From the NCBI RefSeq assembly GCF_013315695.1, contig NZ_CP054356.1: a stretch of 64,000 nt of DNA; one strand, given 5' to 3'. This stretch comes from Escherichia coli. Its GTDB lineage: Bacteria; Pseudomonadota; Gammaproteobacteria; Enterobacterales; Enterobacteriaceae. The translations under genes were made by a program, and so were the position numbers. This document shows positions 12,133 through 21,915 of this stretch, piece after piece (within the stretch, counting starts at the first letter, position 1; each line of letters opens with the position of its first letter). The notes beneath the pieces are model-generated. The model was given only the letters and a program-made list of their open reading frames with translations, had not been told where the DNA came from and did no database searches.

Positions 12133-12388
12133 GGGGTTTGAGGCCCAACCGTACGAGATCGTACGCTAAGTTCATTTTTTGAGCAGAAGAGGTGAGTAAA
12201 GAAAACGAGGGTTTTATTTACTCTTCCCGTCAATGCCAGTAGCCATGCGGTTTCAGGGACTTTCAGTGTTAATAAACTCGGTAATCAAATCAACGTAAAC
12301 CTGCCTAACAACGCCACGACTTTATTGACTTAAAATCATATAGTTAGCTTCTTAGCGTACGTTTCCGCTCCATTGGGCTTCAAACCCC
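12133..12388. mobile_element. Tn3-derived inverted-repeat miniature element (TIME-like), 256 bp, no ORF
   Basis: Inverted 38-bp ends GGGGTTTGAGGCCCAACCGTACGAGATCGTACGCTAAG (12133-12170) and GGGGTTTGAAGCCCAATGGAGCGGAAACGTACGCTAAG (reverse strand, 12351-12388), both ending in the Tn3-family CGTACGCTAAG motif; about 180 bp AT-rich interior; no clear target duplication. Confidence 0.5.
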
Positions 12389-12584
12389 ACACCCAATGAC
12401 ATGAGAAAAGCTGGATCTGATTCTCAAAATGCTGGGATACCCATCGAGATGGAGAACTCAGTCAATGTTCCATTCTTTCTGAAATATGTGTGGGGACACT
12501 GATCTGTCGGGAGCCGGATGCGGTAGTTCCGCAGGTCCGGTTCTGAGGAGGGGCCCGTCCGGGCAACCGGCGGGTCTACTCACC

Positions 12585-13148
12585 TCATCCCCCTACAACC
12601 ACTCCCATTCGTTTAAGTATTTTTAAACCTGCTTCCTGTGGTATCTTTATAGATAAGATCCTGTTTATCTCAGGATTTATATCGAGACCTTCTGTCATTG
12701 AAAAATCACAGTGAGACAAATCAGAATGTCTGAACTCTGTATTATTAAACTCCGAACCAGTAAAATCAGATTTACGAAGGTCTGTTTCCTCAAATAAACA
12801 ATCACGGAAGCGACAGGATAAAAAAATAGATTTCTGTAACCGTAAACTAATAAAATCAACAAATCTCAAATCACAATTTACAAGAGAAAAAGTACAGGGA
12901 AACATAATGTCTGCTGCATTTACTCCTTGTAATAAACAATCTTTGAATTCACAGTCAATAAGTTTAAAAAAATTAAGTTTTAAATTCTTTATTGAGCAGT
13001 TTACGAAGCGACATTTTTCGAACTCACAATCGCGAAAGTTAAAGTTGTCAAGCTGTATTCGTTCAAATATACAATTGTAATAATTTACACCTGATAATTC
13101 ACTTTCACTGAGGTGTCGTTTTGTGATTCTTTTTTCTATTATATCCAT
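12585..13148 (-). CDS. mcbG: Microcin B17 immunity protein McbG (pentapeptide-repeat DNA gyrase protector), 187 aa
   Basis: Pentapeptide-repeat-rich 187-aa protein at the last position of the mcbABCDEFG array. Confidence 0.85.
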   Translation of the reverse strand: MDIIEKRITKRHLSESELSGVNYYNCIFERIQLDNFNFRDCEFEKCRFVNCSIKNLKLNFFKLIDCEFKDCLLQGVNAADIMFPCTFSLVNCDLRFVDFISLRLQKSIFLSCRFRDCLFEETDLRKSDFTGSEFNNTEFRHSDLSHCDFSMTEGLDINPEINRILSIKIPQEAGLKILKRMGVVVGG

Positions 13149-13151
13149 GTG

Positions 13152-13883
13152 TCAGTCTCCTGTTCCCATAACTTCTTTAATAAATGCCTTTTCTGGAGTT
13201 GTTTCATTATTGGATTGAATAAAATCACTCATATCAGAATAACGATTTATACTATTTTTTGAAAGCATATAGAAGGGGATTTTATCTCTTGTTAATTCAT
13301 CAAAAATATGAGTTGAGAAAAATACCGTTTTCCCGTCAGCGGTGATCTTATTTATCAGTTCCCATAACATCATTCTGTACTGAATATCAATGCCTACAGT
13401 TGGTTCATCCAGTAAAAATAAACGGGCATTTTTGCAAAGCGTTAGCATCAAAGATATGATAAGCCAACGCTTCTCTCCATAACTTACCGTGTAAGTCCTT
13501 TTACGTCTTATTTTATCATAGCGAATGAAAAAATTATCATTCCATTTATGATTAAGCTCTGTCCATGCCTGTTTTTTAGTTAACTTATTGAAGCAGCAAA
13601 TCAAATCAAGAACCTCCTCATTCCTTAGTGTACCTGAAAGATTTATGACTTGAGGTAGACTTACTAATTCTCCACCAGAGAAATTTCGCTTGAGGGTCCC
13701 TTCATAATTACTGACTCCGCCCCTGATAAGGTTAAAAAGAGTGGTCTTCCCGGCTCCATTTTCTCCAAGCAGACCTATCAACTCTCCCTGCTCAATCTTA
13801 AGCGACAGATTATTGAAAACAGGGGGTAAATTTACTTTATATGAAAAGCTCAGAGAGTTGATTTCTAAAAGAGGTATGGTCAT
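13152..13883 (-). CDS. mcbF: Microcin B17 export ABC transporter ATP-binding protein McbF
   Basis: Walker A motif GENGAGKTT and ABC signature region; operon position. Confidence 0.85.
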   Translation of the reverse strand: MTIPLLEINSLSFSYKVNLPPVFNNLSLKIEQGELIGLLGENGAGKTTLFNLIRGGVSNYEGTLKRNFSGGELVSLPQVINLSGTLRNEEVLDLICCFNKLTKKQAWTELNHKWNDNFFIRYDKIRRKRTYTVSYGEKRWLIISLMLTLCKNARLFLLDEPTVGIDIQYRMMLWELINKITADGKTVFFSTHIFDELTRDKIPFYMLSKNSINRYSDMSDFIQSNNETTPEKAFIKEVMGTGD

Positions 13884-14605
13884 TGAGAACTCCAGACTGG
13901 CTCAGTTTTGAAGGTTAGTGCTGAAATAATACTTATGATTAACATTATACTATAGAAAAATATCGTCATCAGAGACAACTCCTGGTCTGACTGGAGTATT
14001 GTAGAATAGATGGCGATAGGATTAACCTGATTTATCCAGTAAACGATCCCCTCATTATATTTTAATGATACAATTCCTGATACCATACAGACAGTTATTA
14101 ATACAGAATAGATAGTGCTGGCTGTTTGGAATGTGACTCTGAACGATGCCATGAAAGTGAGTGAAACCATCATAAATGCATTTATGTATATCGATTTTAA
14201 AATAATCATTACTATTTGATAATCTGGACTTGCCTGGAATCCTGTTAGTACGACTAAAATGAAAAAAAACACATACAAAATAGACATGATAAGTGAGGCT
14301 ATTAATTGAGAACGAATAAATAATAGTCGACCATCCATATTATGCACGAAGGTAGCAATAAAACCACTTTCTCTTCTTCCGACCAGATACAGACAGTAAT
14401 TAAACAGAACAACAGAAAAAGAAATGTAGCCTACAAACCATGATATTTGTTTTCCGAGCCATGCTGTATCACCATAATGAAGTTCAATTTCATTGAAATG
14501 AAGGAAAAAGAACAACACTGTAGGTGACATAATTGTCCATATTAAGCTGAAAGGGGTTCTGATTTGTTCCATCAGAAAAATTATCGCCATTTTTAATGTA
14601 ACCAT
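13880..14605 (-). CDS. mcbE: Microcin B17 export permease McbE, 241 aa
   Basis: Polytopic hydrophobic protein, start overlapping the mcbF neighbour; operon position. Confidence 0.85.
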   Translation of the reverse strand: MVTLKMAIIFLMEQIRTPFSLIWTIMSPTVLFFFLHFNEIELHYGDTAWLGKQISWFVGYISFSVVLFNYCLYLVGRRESGFIATFVHNMDGRLLFIRSQLIASLIMSILYVFFFILVVLTGFQASPDYQIVMIILKSIYINAFMMVSLTFMASFRVTFQTASTIYSVLITVCMVSGIVSLKYNEGIVYWINQVNPIAIYSTILQSDQELSLMTIFFYSIMLIISIISALTFKTEPVWSSQ

Positions 14606-14614
14606 TTGTTATCC

Positions 14615-15805
14615 TTATGGGAATGGTACCATCTTTGATTCTCTGACTTTAATACCGTCCCCGGTATGGTAAATTTTATTATTAATGTTTATTGCACCTG
14701 AGTTATTCATATGAAGGAAAAAATCAGGGCTTACTATTTTTGTGTACCAGACAAGGCTGTTACTTACTCTTTCCCTGGCATAGTAAACAAAAATATTATC
14801 AGAAATTTGTTGAAGATAGTTTAATAAATTTGTGTCTGACGTAATATTTTCCTCAAGCGTTAACTTGACATCATCAGACAGTAGTACCGTATTTTCACAC
14901 AAATCCGTAAACGACTCGTACTTGTTGCATGACATAAAGTGACGCTGGTAACTATCAATAATGTCATCATCAGTATAACCGCCAATAAGAAAGTTGTGCA
15001 GGCATATATACGATTGCCACAATTCCACTACGGATTTACAAAGTGCTTTTTTCAGACTATTAGCATAGGATAATCCGGTACTGTATTTTATTCGACTGAT
15101 TTTGTTTTTTGTGCCATACAGGGTTAGTACTGCGTGTCCAGGAGCTCCGGGCAGGGTGATATCGAAAATCCTGATATCTCCTTCTGACCTGAGAGCCAGT
15201 AAAATCTCATCTATATGATTTATGCCTGTTACTATTTCACTGGATATTTCAGTATTGGCTTTTCCCTGTAACCAGTAAAGAAGGAGGGACTGTCTCTCCA
15301 TAAATTCACACAAGGAACCTTCTATGGCATCGTTCAAACTACCATGAAAGCTACATCCGCATGTATCTCTGTCAGGATAAAATTTCAGATCATCTGCAGC
15401 GGTTATATTGTCGAGTGCAATTATGACTGCAGGTATTTCTTGTTGTTCAAGGCTAAACAGATTAAAGGCTCTGACCGTTTTAAATTTATGGGTTATGATT
15501 TCATCGCGGGTCAGTGATGAGATCTGAAAAAATGCTTCGGTAAAAGCCTTTGCAGCAGATGGAGGCATCATCTCATATAATGTTTTCTGACCACCGGTGA
15601 CTATCTCATTAAAAAAATGACGGCGTTCAAAATATTCACCTATTGCCCCCTGAATTGACTTCAGAGTTTCACCGGCCGCGCTGGCTGGTGTAATACGCTC
15701 ATAGTCCCATATCTGAGAAAACGTTGGCATATTTCTGTTCAGTTTTGGACTCATGGCCATTGTGGCCGGCCATGCGGACATAAGGTTACTGTAGACATTT
15801 ATCAT
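14615..15805 (-). CDS. mcbD: Microcin B17 synthetase McbD (YcaO-type cyclodehydratase), 396 aa
   Basis: Size and position match McbD in the canonical operon. Confidence 0.85.
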   Translation of the reverse strand: MINVYSNLMSAWPATMAMSPKLNRNMPTFSQIWDYERITPASAAGETLKSIQGAIGEYFERRHFFNEIVTGGQKTLYEMMPPSAAKAFTEAFFQISSLTRDEIITHKFKTVRAFNLFSLEQQEIPAVIIALDNITAADDLKFYPDRDTCGCSFHGSLNDAIEGSLCEFMERQSLLLYWLQGKANTEISSEIVTGINHIDEILLALRSEGDIRIFDITLPGAPGHAVLTLYGTKNKISRIKYSTGLSYANSLKKALCKSVVELWQSYICLHNFLIGGYTDDDIIDSYQRHFMSCNKYESFTDLCENTVLLSDDVKLTLEENITSDTNLLNYLQQISDNIFVYYARERVSNSLVWYTKIVSPDFFLHMNNSGAININNKIYHTGDGIKVRESKMVPFP

Positions 15806-16604
15806 CGTTTACATCTCCAAAAAACTGAACGATCAGTGGCGCTACAGTCCTCTGATCCAGATTCATTGTTTTTGCTACGTATGAATCGGTATATCCCGCC
15901 CATACCCGGTTTTTCAGTCCTATTTGATCTGCAACCAATACTGCGTTCTGATACATCGAACCTGTTTCCATTAAGGCCATCCGGTATCCTCTGTAGCGAT
16001 ATTTGAACAAAGCTTTTTCAAAAATAATGCAATAGACGAGAGCAAAATGGGGTTTACCAAGACGTTCCGAATCCCCACCGGACAGGCTTCGGTAGAGTGA
16101 CTGAGTATTACATGTAGCAACAGGTTCCAGTGCCTGACTTAGCGGCAGGTAGTGATAAACATTAGTTCCTGCCTGCCAGTTTTCTGTATTTTCAGATAAT
16201 CTGCATAAAAAAACTTCAATCGGGTACAATGCCCCCCCAGAAGGATAAGGTCTTCTTACAGAGCCAGGATCAGGTGAGCTGAATGCATTGACTAATAACT
16301 TTTCAATAGTACGAATGGAAAGTTTATTTTTGTCGCAAAAGTTTATTCCTGATGGGAGCCTTTCACGACTAAAATTATGTGATGAGGATATGTTTATTAC
16401 GGAGCTGAAACCTGGCCTGAAGAGAACTTCTTTATTTTCAAATTTCTCCAGATGGGCAAGAGGTACCGCGGACACGAAAGTTCGTTCAGCAAATTCGGGG
16501 AGGGAAGCAAAGTTACCTCTGACATGAAAATCTTTAACAATGGCCAGAACTTCAGGATCTGTGTAATGCGTTACTTCCACTAAAGAGAGTTCGTGTTTTG
16601 ACAT
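15786..16604 (-). CDS. mcbC: Microcin B17 synthetase McbC (FMN-dependent dehydrogenase), 272 aa
   Basis: Size and position match McbC. Confidence 0.85.
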   Translation of the reverse strand: MSKHELSLVEVTHYTDPEVLAIVKDFHVRGNFASLPEFAERTFVSAVPLAHLEKFENKEVLFRPGFSSVINISSSHNFSRERLPSGINFCDKNKLSIRTIEKLLVNAFSSPDPGSVRRPYPSGGALYPIEVFLCRLSENTENWQAGTNVYHYLPLSQALEPVATCNTQSLYRSLSGGDSERLGKPHFALVYCIIFEKALFKYRYRGYRMALMETGSMYQNAVLVADQIGLKNRVWAGYTDSYVAKTMNLDQRTVAPLIVQFFGDVNDDKCLQ

Positions 16605-16605
16605 G

Positions 16606-17493
16606 TTATCTCTCCAGACAGCTGCAAGCCTGCCAGTGAATTACCGGCTCTTTACATAAAATACAGGTGATTAAATCAGCGCTAACAGATGACATAAAGT
16701 TATCGACATGACTTTTAACCAGTGAAGTACCTGTCAACTCCTGAAGTCGCCGTTTTATTAAATGATAGCTGAATCCTCTTTCTGATTCGCCTAAAGCCAA
16801 TGCTGGTAGTGTCATTTGGTATTTTTTCAGTAACTGAAGTAAGTTTGCCCAGGACATTTCGTTACGTCTGAAGCTTTTTTCTTCCCTGCTCAGCCATCTC
16901 TCTATATGACAAAAATGGCAGGGAGTACCAAGATCAGGTGAATATACTCCATCTATCCTGAATGACTCCTTTAGGTAGTAGCTTTGGATGAAGGCAACAC
17001 CAGGGTTACTTTCAAATTTTGAATAGATTCTTTTTACAATGTCTGAATGATAGTTTTCGAGATGTAACCAGATTAGTGTTGAATCGCTCACATTAATATT
17101 ATTATCTTTTATATCAATGATATGAGAAACAAAAACACCATCAGATTTCCATTGTTCCCGGGCATTACTGAAAAGATGTGGAACATCGCTTATTATGACT
17201 GAGTTTACCCAGAGAGGTGATGTTTTCGTTTTATTTATCACGCCTGTGGTAATAAGAAACTCTTTGCCCTTGTCTTTATCAATAAGCGATTCGTCCAGTA
17301 GTTTATCAAGGAGGTATTCAGAAATAATACCCTGTTTGGATCGTAGGCTTTCGAGTACTTTTTTCATTCCCTCATGTGTAATGTCTACTGAAGAAATGTA
17401 GGTAATAAGCAGGGTCTTTGTATTTCTGGAAATTATCTCAAACGGCAGAATATTGATCATATCTTTTCCTTTTTTAATATCAGGGAGCACCAT
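16606..17493 (-). CDS. mcbB: Microcin B17 synthetase McbB (zinc-binding scaffold/cyclodehydratase subunit), 295 aa
   Basis: Size and position match McbB; Cys-containing C-terminus. Confidence 0.85.
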   Translation of the reverse strand: MVLPDIKKGKDMINILPFEIISRNTKTLLITYISSVDITHEGMKKVLESLRSKQGIISEYLLDKLLDESLIDKDKGKEFLITTGVINKTKTSPLWVNSVIISDVPHLFSNAREQWKSDGVFVSHIIDIKDNNINVSDSTLIWLHLENYHSDIVKRIYSKFESNPGVAFIQSYYLKESFRIDGVYSPDLGTPCHFCHIERWLSREEKSFRRNEMSWANLLQLLKKYQMTLPALALGESERGFSYHLIKRRLQELTGTSLVKSHVDNFMSSVSADLITCILCKEPVIHWQACSCLER

Positions 17494-17519
17494 GCTCCCT
17501 GAACGGTTAATTCAACGTA

Positions 17520-17729
17520 TCAGATATGTGAACCACTTCCGCCGCTGCCACCGTTTCCACCACTACAACCGTTGCTGCAACCACCACAACCGCCACCTTG
17601 ACCACCGCAGCTACCGCCGCCGCCGCCGCCGCCACCACCACCAATGCCAACACCTAATGGAGACTGGCGTGATAATTTAAGAGCATCAACGGACAAAACT
17701 ACACCAAATTCACTCGCTTTTAATTCCAT
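17520..17729 (-). CDS. mcbA: Microcin B17 precursor peptide McbA, 69 aa
   Basis: Translation MELKASEFGVVLSVDALKLSRQSPLGVGIGGGGGGGGGGSCGGQGGGCGGCSNGCSGGNGGSGGSGSHI is the recalled pro-MccB17 (leader plus Gly/Ser/Cys core). Confidence 0.95.
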   Translation of the reverse strand: MELKASEFGVVLSVDALKLSRQSPLGVGIGGGGGGGGGGSCGGQGGGCGGCSNGCSGGNGGSGGSGSHI

Positions 17730-17982
17730 AAGGACTCCTTTTTTAAGGGAAATTAATGCTTATGACATCTGAATAGTATGTTGGCCAACACTAGTTACTT
17801 GCCGTCATTAACTATATTTTGCAATGATAATTTGAACTAAATTTGTACGCCTGTTAAATATTTAATAATAATATCAGTTGGTTATGTTTATGCTGTTATT
17901 GTTTTTTTACAAAAATTAATATTGTGTTTACATTTTGCTTTCAGTTGCTGTCAGGATGTCACACTACCCCTTTAAGCCCCCA

Positions 17983-18068
17983 CTGGTCTGGCAGGGCCGG
18001 GGGTGGGTAAGGTGAAACCTGTCAATCAGTACCGGCTTACGCCGGTATCATATGCAACAACTGAGTGC
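17983..18068. repeat. Imperfect direct repeat, copy B (matches 1578-1700)
   Basis: About 85 bp alignable to copy A with one roughly 19-bp indel and scattered substitutions. Confidence 0.5.
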
Positions 18069-18228
18069 CGCCTTCCATATCATATCATTTGCCCGTTTCC
18101 CGCCGTGCAGATCCGGTTTCCGGCTGAAGTGGATCCAGACCTGATTTGTTGCTGAGTATCGGTAAAAGAGCGGCTTATAATCTATTCTGAAACATGGCAA
18201 GTGAATCTGGGCTGTATAATTCCGGCAA

Positions 18229-18711
18229 GTGTCATCTGTATTTAAAGGTCGTGTGAGTATGAAATTTATGGAATGTGCTGTCCGGGATGTGATTTATGGG
18301 ACCAATGTCCGTATTGTCAAACCGGTCAACATTTATGAATGTGAACTCAGGGACAATGTGTTTGTCGGCCCCTTCGTTGAGATACAGAAAGGCTGTGTCA
18401 TTGGTAGTGGAAGCCGGATACAGTCGCACACGTTTATTTGTGAGAACGTAACACTGGGGGAGAACTGCTTCATTGGTCATAACGTGACGTTCGCCAACGA
18501 TCTGTTTCGTTCAGGAGCACCAGATCCGTCACCGGATAACTGGATCAGCATTACCCTGGGGGATTCGGTTACTGTTGGCAGTGGAGCCATTATTCTGTCT
18601 CCGTATATATGCAGCGGAGCTGTTATTGGTGCGGGGGCAGTTGTAGTAAAACCGATTGAGAACAAAGGCATTTATGCAGGAAACCCGGCAAGACTGATCA
18701 GAATATTATGA
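18229..18711 (+). CDS. Hexapeptide-repeat (left-handed beta-helix) acyl/acetyltransferase, about 150-160 aa; start uncertain (18229, 18259 or 18268)
   Basis: Repeated [LIV]-G-x-x-x-x hexapeptide units (IGSGSRI, IGHNVTF, VGSGAIIL, IGAGAVVV) and a C-terminal YAGNPARLI motif typical of this acetyltransferase family. Confidence 0.6.
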   Translation: MSSVFKGRVSMKFMECAVRDVIYGTNVRIVKPVNIYECELRDNVFVGPFVEIQKGCVIGSGSRIQSHTFICENVTLGENCFIGHNVTFANDLFRSGAPDPSPDNWISITLGDSVTVGSGAIILSPYICSGAVIGAGAVVVKPIENKGIYAGNPARLIRIL

Positions 18712-19113
18712 AAAAGAAAAGGGCCGTTACTGGCCCTTTTTATCAGAGGTAGGTCTGTGAATACGGCAGGTGTACAGAAATCGACTGCCGGGGATCGATT
18801 TCCAGGGCCGCCCGGTATTCTGCGTCAGTGATATCACCTTTTTTCAGTAAATAACCGAGAGCATCGTTTCCCAGCCCTGACAGTATGCGTATTCTGGCGA
18901 TCCGGACTGGCAAATAACCCATCAAAAACGTTATTGCCAGACATTGCGAACTCACCAATTTTGATTATTGGAGCCACTTTTTCATAAGTTCCGTGAAATT
19001 ATTTCATAATAACGACCCTGTTTATTTTATGTAATGACTGGCAATAAAATAACTTGATTAAGTTCCCTTTATCCAGCCTGATAGTGGATAAAGGAAACTC
19101 AATCATAATTTAA

Positions 19114-19467
19114 TTAGTTTATTAACTTCATCGCATTCTTTTTTGTCTCCTCATCACTTTTTTGCTCCGATTGTGAAGAGGACTGAATGATTGTTGAAGA
19201 ATTTAAATCGGCCATCTCTTTTGGAAATAGCGATCTCAATATATTCACGATATCTGAAAATGTGGTTTCTTTCGTCAGCAGTTCACATAAAAGGAAAGGG
19301 GCCCTGGGATCTTGTCTGTATAAGGCCAGACCTGCCGTCAGTGCAGCCCGGTTAAGGCGGCTGCGTTCCCCTTGCGGGATACTGTCCAGTGTATCACAAA
19401 CAATTTTATCTGTTTGATTTACATCTGGATTTAGCTTAAAGGCAATGGTTCTGCGCTTGTCCATCAT
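19114..19467 (-). CDS. parR: Plasmid partition centromere-binding protein ParR (StbB), 117 aa
   Basis: Translation [55 protein letters not shown]... matches the recalled R1/R100 ParR. Confidence 0.85.
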   Translation of the reverse strand: MMDKRRTIAFKLNPDVNQTDKIVCDTLDSIPQGERSRLNRAALTAGLALYRQDPRAPFLLCELLTKETTFSDIVNILRSLFPKEMADLNSSTIIQSSSQSEQKSDEETKKNAMKLIN

Positions 19468-20429
19468 TAATTACCTATGAGATACATACCGTTAACTAAA
19501 TCATATTGAGAGTTATTGGTTTTAAAAAAACGTTCATCACGAATCTGTGTGTGTTTTTTTACTGCATCGCATATTAATTCTGCGCCACCACCTATAACCA
19601 TAACATGAGTATAACCAGAAAATTCATTGAGTGTATTTAATACACGTTGCTCAAGTTTACGAAGTGCTTCATTCATTGCTTCGGTGACTATTGATATTTT
19701 ATTCTCATCATTAATTCGTTGCTTCAGATAGTTATTATCTTTTCTGTGAATAATTATATCGTCAGCAAGATAGCTACTTCCTTTTGTTCTCGCAAGAGAA
19801 AGGGCATCTTTTACTGCAGATGTGACCAGAGATACACCAAGAGATGAGTCTCCGTATATTTTACTGATTCCCGATAATTTCCCCATTACCTGAGAAATAT
19901 CTAATGTGGTGCCCCCGAGATCTATAATTAATAAAGAATCTAACTCATCCAGTTCTTGTAGAACTTCATAACCTGCCGGTATAGATTCAGGCATGACTTT
20001 TACATCTTTTATTGTGAATGTATCCCCACCATTTAATGTAATTTTTTTCCGGAAGTTTGCTTTCTTACGCTCAATATTTTCCGTATTGGGTTGGTTATTC
20101 CTGTCGTAATACTCTGTCAGAGGAAGTGTGCAAACAATATCCACTTCGCTTACCGGCAGACCACTGGTCAGTAAGGCGTGGTGCACCGCAACGACATTAA
20201 CGTCGCTGTATTGCCATGCGATATTGGTTGTGACTACAGCATCCGGGCTGATTGGATCAAATGAATACTGTTCGCCGTTCAGTGTGTAGTTAAAGACCTT
20301 TTTATCACCAAAAGAAACTGCCCACTCGCGTTTGAAGCTGTTCGGGCTAATGTGCTGTTTAATTGTTCCGTCGCTTTCCTGCCACTGTAGTTTGATGTTT
20401 GTTGAACCGTCATCAATGAATACCAACAT
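19467..20429 (-). CDS. parM: Actin-like partition ATPase ParM (StbA), 320 aa
   Basis: Translation [42 protein letters not shown]... matches the recalled R1 ParM; stop of parM abuts the parR start. Confidence 0.9.
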
Positions 20430-20600
20430 TTATAAAACTCCTTATGGTGTTTTTTTTGGTGTTTGTTTGGGTGTGTTTTGGGTTTTAAGTGGGTTTATTT
20501 GTCAAGTTTACCCCATTTTAACTATCAATCAATGATTATTTGTCTTGTTTTGGTGTTTTATTGGGTTTGGAGTGGGTTGTTTTTGGGTTTTGTTTGGCGG
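20430..20600. promoter_or_regulatory. parC: parC centromere/promoter region with tandem gggttt/ggtgttt-type iterons
   Basis: Immediately upstream of parM: repeated short units ttttggtgtttgtttgggtgtgttttgggtttt...ttggtgttttattgggtttggagtgggttgtttttgggttttgtttgg. Confidence 0.55.
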
Positions 20601-20610
20601 ATAACAAAAG

Positions 20611-20920
20611 ATGTCGCCGGGCTCCTCTTTTTACTGCGCCGGCTGACGCGGCGCGGCAGGAACGCTGCCTGTGGTCAGTGTCCCGCGTCCGGCCGGGCAC
20701 GGGACGGGCGCTTTTACCGCTCCCGGCTGGCGTCGGTGACAGTGTACGCCAGCCCGTCGCCCTTTTCTGATGAGCGCCCTTCAAGCCGCTTTCGCGGCAT
20801 AGCCTTGCCGTCAAAAAGACGACGGCTGCGGTATTCCACGGTCGGCCTGACCCGTTACCGGGCGCGGTGAACAGCCCACAGGCAGCGGGGAACGGGCGCC
20901 ACAGGGGCGCCCTCCCGATG
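20611..20920. repeat. Leading-region repeat family R1, copy a (about 310 bp, GC-rich, hairpin-rich)
   Basis: Near-identical to 21916-22230; each copy sits directly upstream of a plus-strand ORF; a short partial match occurs at 24473-24510. Confidence 0.5.
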
Positions 20921-20940
20921 CTCCTGTGAGGATAATTCCC

Positions 20941-21867
20941 ATGCCAAACTGGTGCTCGAATCGTATGTATTTTTCTGGTGAACCGGCACAGATCGCTGAG
21001 ATTAAACGACTGGCCAGCGGTGCAGTCACACCGTTTTATCGCCGCGCCACAAATGAAGGTATTCAGCTGTTTCTGGCCGGAAGTGCCGGACTTCTGCAGA
21101 CCACTGAAGATGTGCGGTTTGAACCATGCCCCGGACTGACGGCTGCCGGACGTGGTGTTTTATCGCCGGAGAATATCACGTTCACCCGCTGGCTGAAGCA
21201 CCTGCAGGACGGTGTACTGCTGGATGAGCAAAACTGCCTGATGCTGCATGAACTCTGGCTGCAGAGCGGTACTGGACAGCGTCGCTGGGAAGGGTTACCG
21301 GATGATGTCAGGGAAACTATCACTGTGCATTTCACCGCAAAAAGAGGTGACTGGTGTGACATCTGGGGTAACGAGGATGTATCGGTGTGGTGGAACCGTC
21401 TGTGTGACAACGTACTGCCGGAAAAAACCATGCCGTTTGACCTGCTGACGGTTTTGCCGACCCGCCTGGATATTGAAGTGAATGGCTTTAACGGCGGTGT
21501 TCTGAACGGTGTTCCTTCTGCATATCACTGGTATACAGAACGGTATGGCGTGAAGTGGCCTTGTGGGTATGACCTGAATATCAGCAGTCAGGGGGAAAAC
21601 TTCATTCAGGTAGATTTCGACACGCCGTGGTGTCAGCCGGAAAGCGACGTTGTTGCAGAATTAAGCCGCCGTTTCGGCTGCACGCTGGAGCACTGGTACG
21701 CCGAACAGGGCTGCAATTTCTGTGGCTGGCAGTTGTATGAGCGCGGAGAGCTTGTTGATGTGCTGTGGGGGGAACTGGAATGGTCTTCCCCGACAGATGA
21801 CGATGAGCTGCCGGAAGTCACCGGACCTGCGTGGATAGTCGACAATGTGGCGCATTATGGCGGATGA
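20941..21867 (+). CDS. Conserved leading-region protein of unknown function, about 308 aa (N-terminus MPNWCSNRMYFSGEP)
   Basis: ORF with a GAGG Shine-Dalgarno about 10 nt upstream of the ATG at 20941; family not confidently recognised. Confidence 0.55.
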   Translation: MPNWCSNRMYFSGEPAQIAEIKRLASGAVTPFYRRATNEGIQLFLAGSAGLLQTTEDVRFEPCPGLTAAGRGVLSPENITFTRWLKHLQDGVLLDEQNCLMLHELWLQSGTGQRRWEGLPDDVRETITVHFTAKRGDWCDIWGNEDVSVWWNRLCDNVLPEKTMPFDLLTVLPTRLDIEVNGFNGGVLNGVPSAYHWYTERYGVKWPCGYDLNISSQGENFIQVDFDTPWCQPESDVVAELSRRFGCTLEHWYAEQGCNFCGWQLYERGELVDVLWGELEWSSPTDDDELPEVTGPAWIVDNVAHYGG

Positions 21868-21915
21868 AGTATGACGGAGACGGGCGGGCAACCGCCCGTT
21901 TCTTTTCCGGTAAAG

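Noticed and set aside
12128-12393. 5-bp target-site duplication for the TIME-like element
   Set aside because: The flanking 5-mers (aacca and acacc) do not match, so no duplication is claimed.
17453-17680. 75-aa His/Arg-rich plus-strand ORF overlapping mcbA
   Set aside because: Antisense translation of the Gly-codon-rich mcbA core; artefact.
17520-17680. Possible CRISPR or tandem-repeat array at the GGT/GGC-rich stretch, and elsewhere in the window
   Set aside because: The repetitive stretch is the Gly-rich coding core of mcbA; no regular repeat-spacer architecture was seen anywhere in the window.
18743-18958. 71-aa minus-strand ORF after the acetyltransferase
   Set aside because: No RBS or recognisable motif; possibly a C-terminal remnant of a lost gene. 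Too weak to annotate as a CDS.
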